This document shows, one piece after another, positions 61,199 to 64,000 of a DNA stretch of 64,000 bases. Made by a program: the position numbers and the translations under genes. The notes beneath the pieces were generated by a model. The model did not search any database, was not told where the DNA came from, and worked only from the letters and a program-made list of their open reading frames with translations. Location of the stretch: NCBI GenBank assembly GCA_030390025.1, contig CM059441.1:23622001-23686000 (forward strand), written 5' to 3'. How positions within the stretch are numbered: position 1 is the stretch's first letter; every line of letters starts with the position of its first letter. Origin of the DNA: Squalus acanthias (taxonomy: Eukaryota).

Positions 61199-64000
61199 GT
61201 GTGTGGAGTAAAAGGTAAAGTGGTAAAAAGTGAAAAAGCAGGAACTAAGTGCCACAAAGCATATTTGAAAGTTCTCTATCTGAATGCACGTAGCATTCGT
61301 AACAAAATAGATGAGTTAATGGCACAAATAACTACATATGGTTATGATATTGTGGCCATTACAGAAACATGGCTGCAGGGTGACAATGCCTGGGAATTAA
61401 ACATACCAGGTTATTTAACGATCAGGAAGGACAGGCAGGAAGGAAGGGGAGGTGGGGTGGCTATGTTAATAAAGGAAGGAATCACTGTAATACAGAGTAA
61501 TGATATTGGGTCAAAAAATCATGATAATGAAACAGTTTGGGTGGAGATAAGGAATAATAAGGGGAAAAAAACACTAGTGGGCGTAGTCTATAGGCCTCCG
61601 AACAGTTGCAACTCTGTTGGACGGAGTATCAATCAGGAAATAGTTGAGGCATGTAATAAGGGAACATCTATAATTATGGGGGATTTTAACTATCATATTA
61701 ATTGGACAAATCAAATGGGGCAGGGCTGCCTTGAGGATGAGTTCATTGAGTGTATTAGGGATGGGTTTCTTGAGCAGTATGTAACTGAACCGACCAGGGG
61801 GCAAGCAACCTTAGATCTGGTCCTGTGTAACGAGACAGGATTAATTAAAAATGTCCTAGTAAAGGATCCCCTTGGAATGAGTGACCATAACATGGTTGAA
61901 TTCCATATTCAATTAGAGGGTGAGAAGGTTGGATCTCAAACAAGCGTGCTAAGCTTGAATAAAGGAGACTATGAAGGTATGCGAGCGGAATTGAGTAGAG
62001 TGGATTGGGAAAATAGATTAAAGGGTAAGACGACACATGATCAGTGGTGTACATTCAAGGAGTTATTTTACAACTTCCAAAAAAAATATATTCCACTGAA
62101 AAGAAAAGGGTGTAAAAGAAAGGACAGTCATCCGTGGCTAAGTAAAGAAATTAAGGATAGTATTCGACTAAAAACAAGGGCATATAAGGTAGCGAAATCT
62201 AGTGGGAGGACAGAGGATTGGGAAAACTTTAAAAGGCAGCAAAAAATAACAAAAAGATTGATTAAGAAAGGGAAGATAGATTATGAAAGTAAATTAGCAA
62301 AAAATATAAAAACAGATAGTAAGAGTTTTTATAGTTATATAAAAAGAAAAAGGGTGGCTAAAGTAAATGTTGGTCCCTTAGAGGATGAGACCGGGAAATT
62401 AATGGTGGGAAATATGGAGATGGCAAAAACACTGAATGAATATTTTGTATCAGTCTTTACAGTAGAGGACACTAAGAATATCCCAACACTGGACAAACAG
62501 GGGGCTACAGGGGGAGAGGAGCTAAACACGATCAAAATCACTAAGGAAGTGGTACTCGGTAAAATAATGGGACTCAAGGCGGATAAATCACCTGGACCTG
62601 ATGGCTTACATCCTAGAGTCTTGAAGGAAGTGGCGGTAGGGATTGTAGATGCATTGGTAATAATTTTTCAAAACTCCCTGGATTCCGCTAAGGTCCCGGC
62701 AGACTGGAAAACTGCTAATGTAACACCCTTATTTAAAAAGGGCAGTAGACAGAAGGCTGGTAACTATAGACCGGTTAGCCTAACATCTGTGGTAGGTAAA
62801 ATTTTGGAGTCCATTATTAAGGAAACAGTAACAGGACATTTGGATAATCATAATTTAATAGGACAAAGTCAGCATGGTTTTACAAAGGGGAAGTCATGTT
62901 TGACAAATTTGCTGGAGTTCTTTGAGGAAGTAACATATAGAGTGGATAAAGGGGAACCAGTGGACGTAGTGTATTTAGACTTCCAAAAGGCATTTGACAA
63001 GGTGCCACACAAAAGATTATTGCTTACGGTAAAAAATCACGGGATTGGGGGTAATATTCTGGCATGGATAGAGGATTGGCTATCTAACAGAAAGCAAAGA
63101 GTTGGGATAAATGGTTCATTCTCAGACTGGCAATCAGTAACTAGTGGTGTTCCACAGGGGTCAGTGCTGGGTCCCCAACTCTTTACAATCTATATTAACG
63201 ATTTGGAGGAAGGGACCAAGTGTAACCTATCAAAATTTGCAGATGATACAAAGATGGGAGGGAAAGTAGTGAGTGAGGAGGACATAAAAAACCTGCAAGG
63301 GGACATAGACAGGCTAAGTAAGTGGGCAGAGATTTGGCAGATGGAATACAACACTGGAAAGTGTGAGATGATGCACTTTGGCAGGAAAAATCCTAGAGCA
63401 ATTTATTATCTTAATGGCAAGAAACTGGAGAGTACTGAAGTGCAAAGGGATCTGGGGGTCCTGGTGCACGAAACTCAAAAGGTTAGTATGCAGGTGCAGC
63501 AAGTGATTAAGAAGGCAAATGGAATGTTGGCTTTCATTGCTAGGGGGATAGAATATAAAAATAGGGAGGTATTGCTTCAGTTGTACAAGGTATTGGTGAG
63601 ACCGCACCTGGAATACTGCATACAGTTTTGGTGTCCTTACTTAAGGAAAGACATCCTTGCTCTCGAGGCAGTGCAAAAAAGGTTCACTCGGTTAATCCCG
63701 GGGATGAGGGGGTGGTCATATGAGGAGAGGTTGGGTAGATTGGGACTCTACTCATTGGAGTTCAGAAGAATGAGAGGCGATCTTATTGAAACATATAAGA
63801 TTGTGAAGGGGTTGGATCGGGTGGATGCGGGGAGGATGTTCCCGATGACGGGTGAGACTAGAACTAGGGGACATAGTCTTAGAATAAGGGGCTGCTCTTT
63901 GAAAACTGAGATGAGGAGGAACTACTTCACTCAGAGGGTGGTAGGTCCATGGAATATGCTGCCACAAAAAGCTGTAGAAGCTACATCATTAAATAAATTT
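61199..64000 (+). CDS. CR1 ORF2p (APE endonuclease plus reverse transcriptase), open to the window end; original ATG probably at 60359
   Basis: YLNARSIRNK, ITETW, GGGV, YRPP, MGDFN, SDH, NYRPVSL, YLDFQKAFD, GVPQGSVLGP and FADD; same frame at both ends, and the ORF track lists no stop-terminated + ORF here. Confidence 0.9.
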   Translation, partial: MCGVKGKVVKSEKAGTKCHKAYLKVLYLNARSIRNKIDELMAQITTYGYDIVAITETWLQGDNAWELNIPGYLTIRKDRQEGRGGGVAMLIKEGITVIQSNDIGSKNHDNETVWVEIRNNKGKKTLVGVVYRPPNSCNSVGRSINQEIVEACNKGTSIIMGDFNYHINWTNQMGQGCLEDEFIECIRDGFLEQYVTEPTRGQATLDLVLCNETGLIKNVLVKDPLGMSDHNMVEFHIQLEGEKVGSQTSVLSLNKGDYEGMRAELSRVDWENRLKGKTTHDQWCTFKELFYNFQKKYIPLKRKGCKRKDSHPWLSKEIKDSIRLKTRAYKVAKSSGRTEDWENFKRQQKITKRLIKKGKIDYESKLAKNIKTDSKSFYSYIKRKRVAKVNVGPLEDETGKLMVGNMEMAKTLNEYFVSVFTVEDTKNIPTLDKQGATGGEELNTIKITKEVVLGKIMGLKADKSPGPDGLHPRVLKEVAVGIVDALVIIFQNSLDSAKVPADWKTANVTPLFKKGSRQKAGNYRPVSLTSVVGKILESIIKETVTGHLDNHNLIGQSQHGFTKGKSCLTNLLEFFEEVTYRVDKGEPVDVVYLDFQKAFDKVPHKRLLLTVKNHGIGGNILAWIEDWLSNRKQRVGINGSFSDWQSVTSGVPQGSVLGPQLFTIYINDLEEGTKCNLSKFADDTKMGGKVVSEEDIKNLQGDIDRLSKWAEIWQMEYNTGKCEMMHFGRKNPRAIYYLNGKKLESTEVQRDLGVLVHETQKVSMQVQQVIKKANGMLAFIARGIEYKNREVLLQLYKVLVRPHLEYCIQFWCPYLRKDILALEAVQKRFTRLIPGMRGWSYEERLGRLGLYSLEFRRMRGDLIETYKIVKGLDRVDAGRMFPMTGETRTRGHSLRIRGCSLKTEMRRNYFTQRVVGPWNMLPQKAVEATSLNKF

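Larger units (their letters stand above)
59486..64000 (+). mobile_element. Young, near-complete CR1 LINE (5'-truncated in ORF1; continues beyond the window)
   Basis: Esterase ORF1 followed by EN-RT ORF2. Confidence 0.95.

Overview
Eukaryotic, repeat-dense genomic DNA, very likely from a cartilaginous fish (shark-type CR1, L2, DeuSINE and HE1 repeats). It has one 181-bp N gap and reads as intronic or intergenic. No complete host gene was found; nearly all long ORFs come from LINEs. Main contents: (1) many 5'-truncated copies of three LINE groups (classical CR1, a second CR1-group family 'B', and L2); (2) three tRNA-derived SINE families whose tails match those LINEs; (3) several non-autonomous DNA transposons (PIF/Harbinger-like with 3-bp TSD, hAT with 8-bp TSD, Tc1/mariner with TA TSD); (4) Penelope-derived fragments carrying minimal hammerhead-ribozyme cores; (5) a 32-bp minisatellite, a 205-bp inverted duplication, one candidate orphan exon on the minus strand and several unique, possibly conserved non-coding blocks. 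The most striking structure is a young CR1 at 59486-64000. Its esterase ORF1 is 5'-truncated, its endonuclease-RT ORF2 is open to the window end, and a CpG-rich MITE with promoter-like motifs interrupts ORF2 after codon 25. I see no clear evidence of a wholly new biological system. Family names come from my own pattern recognition, not database searches, and most repeat boundaries are approximate.
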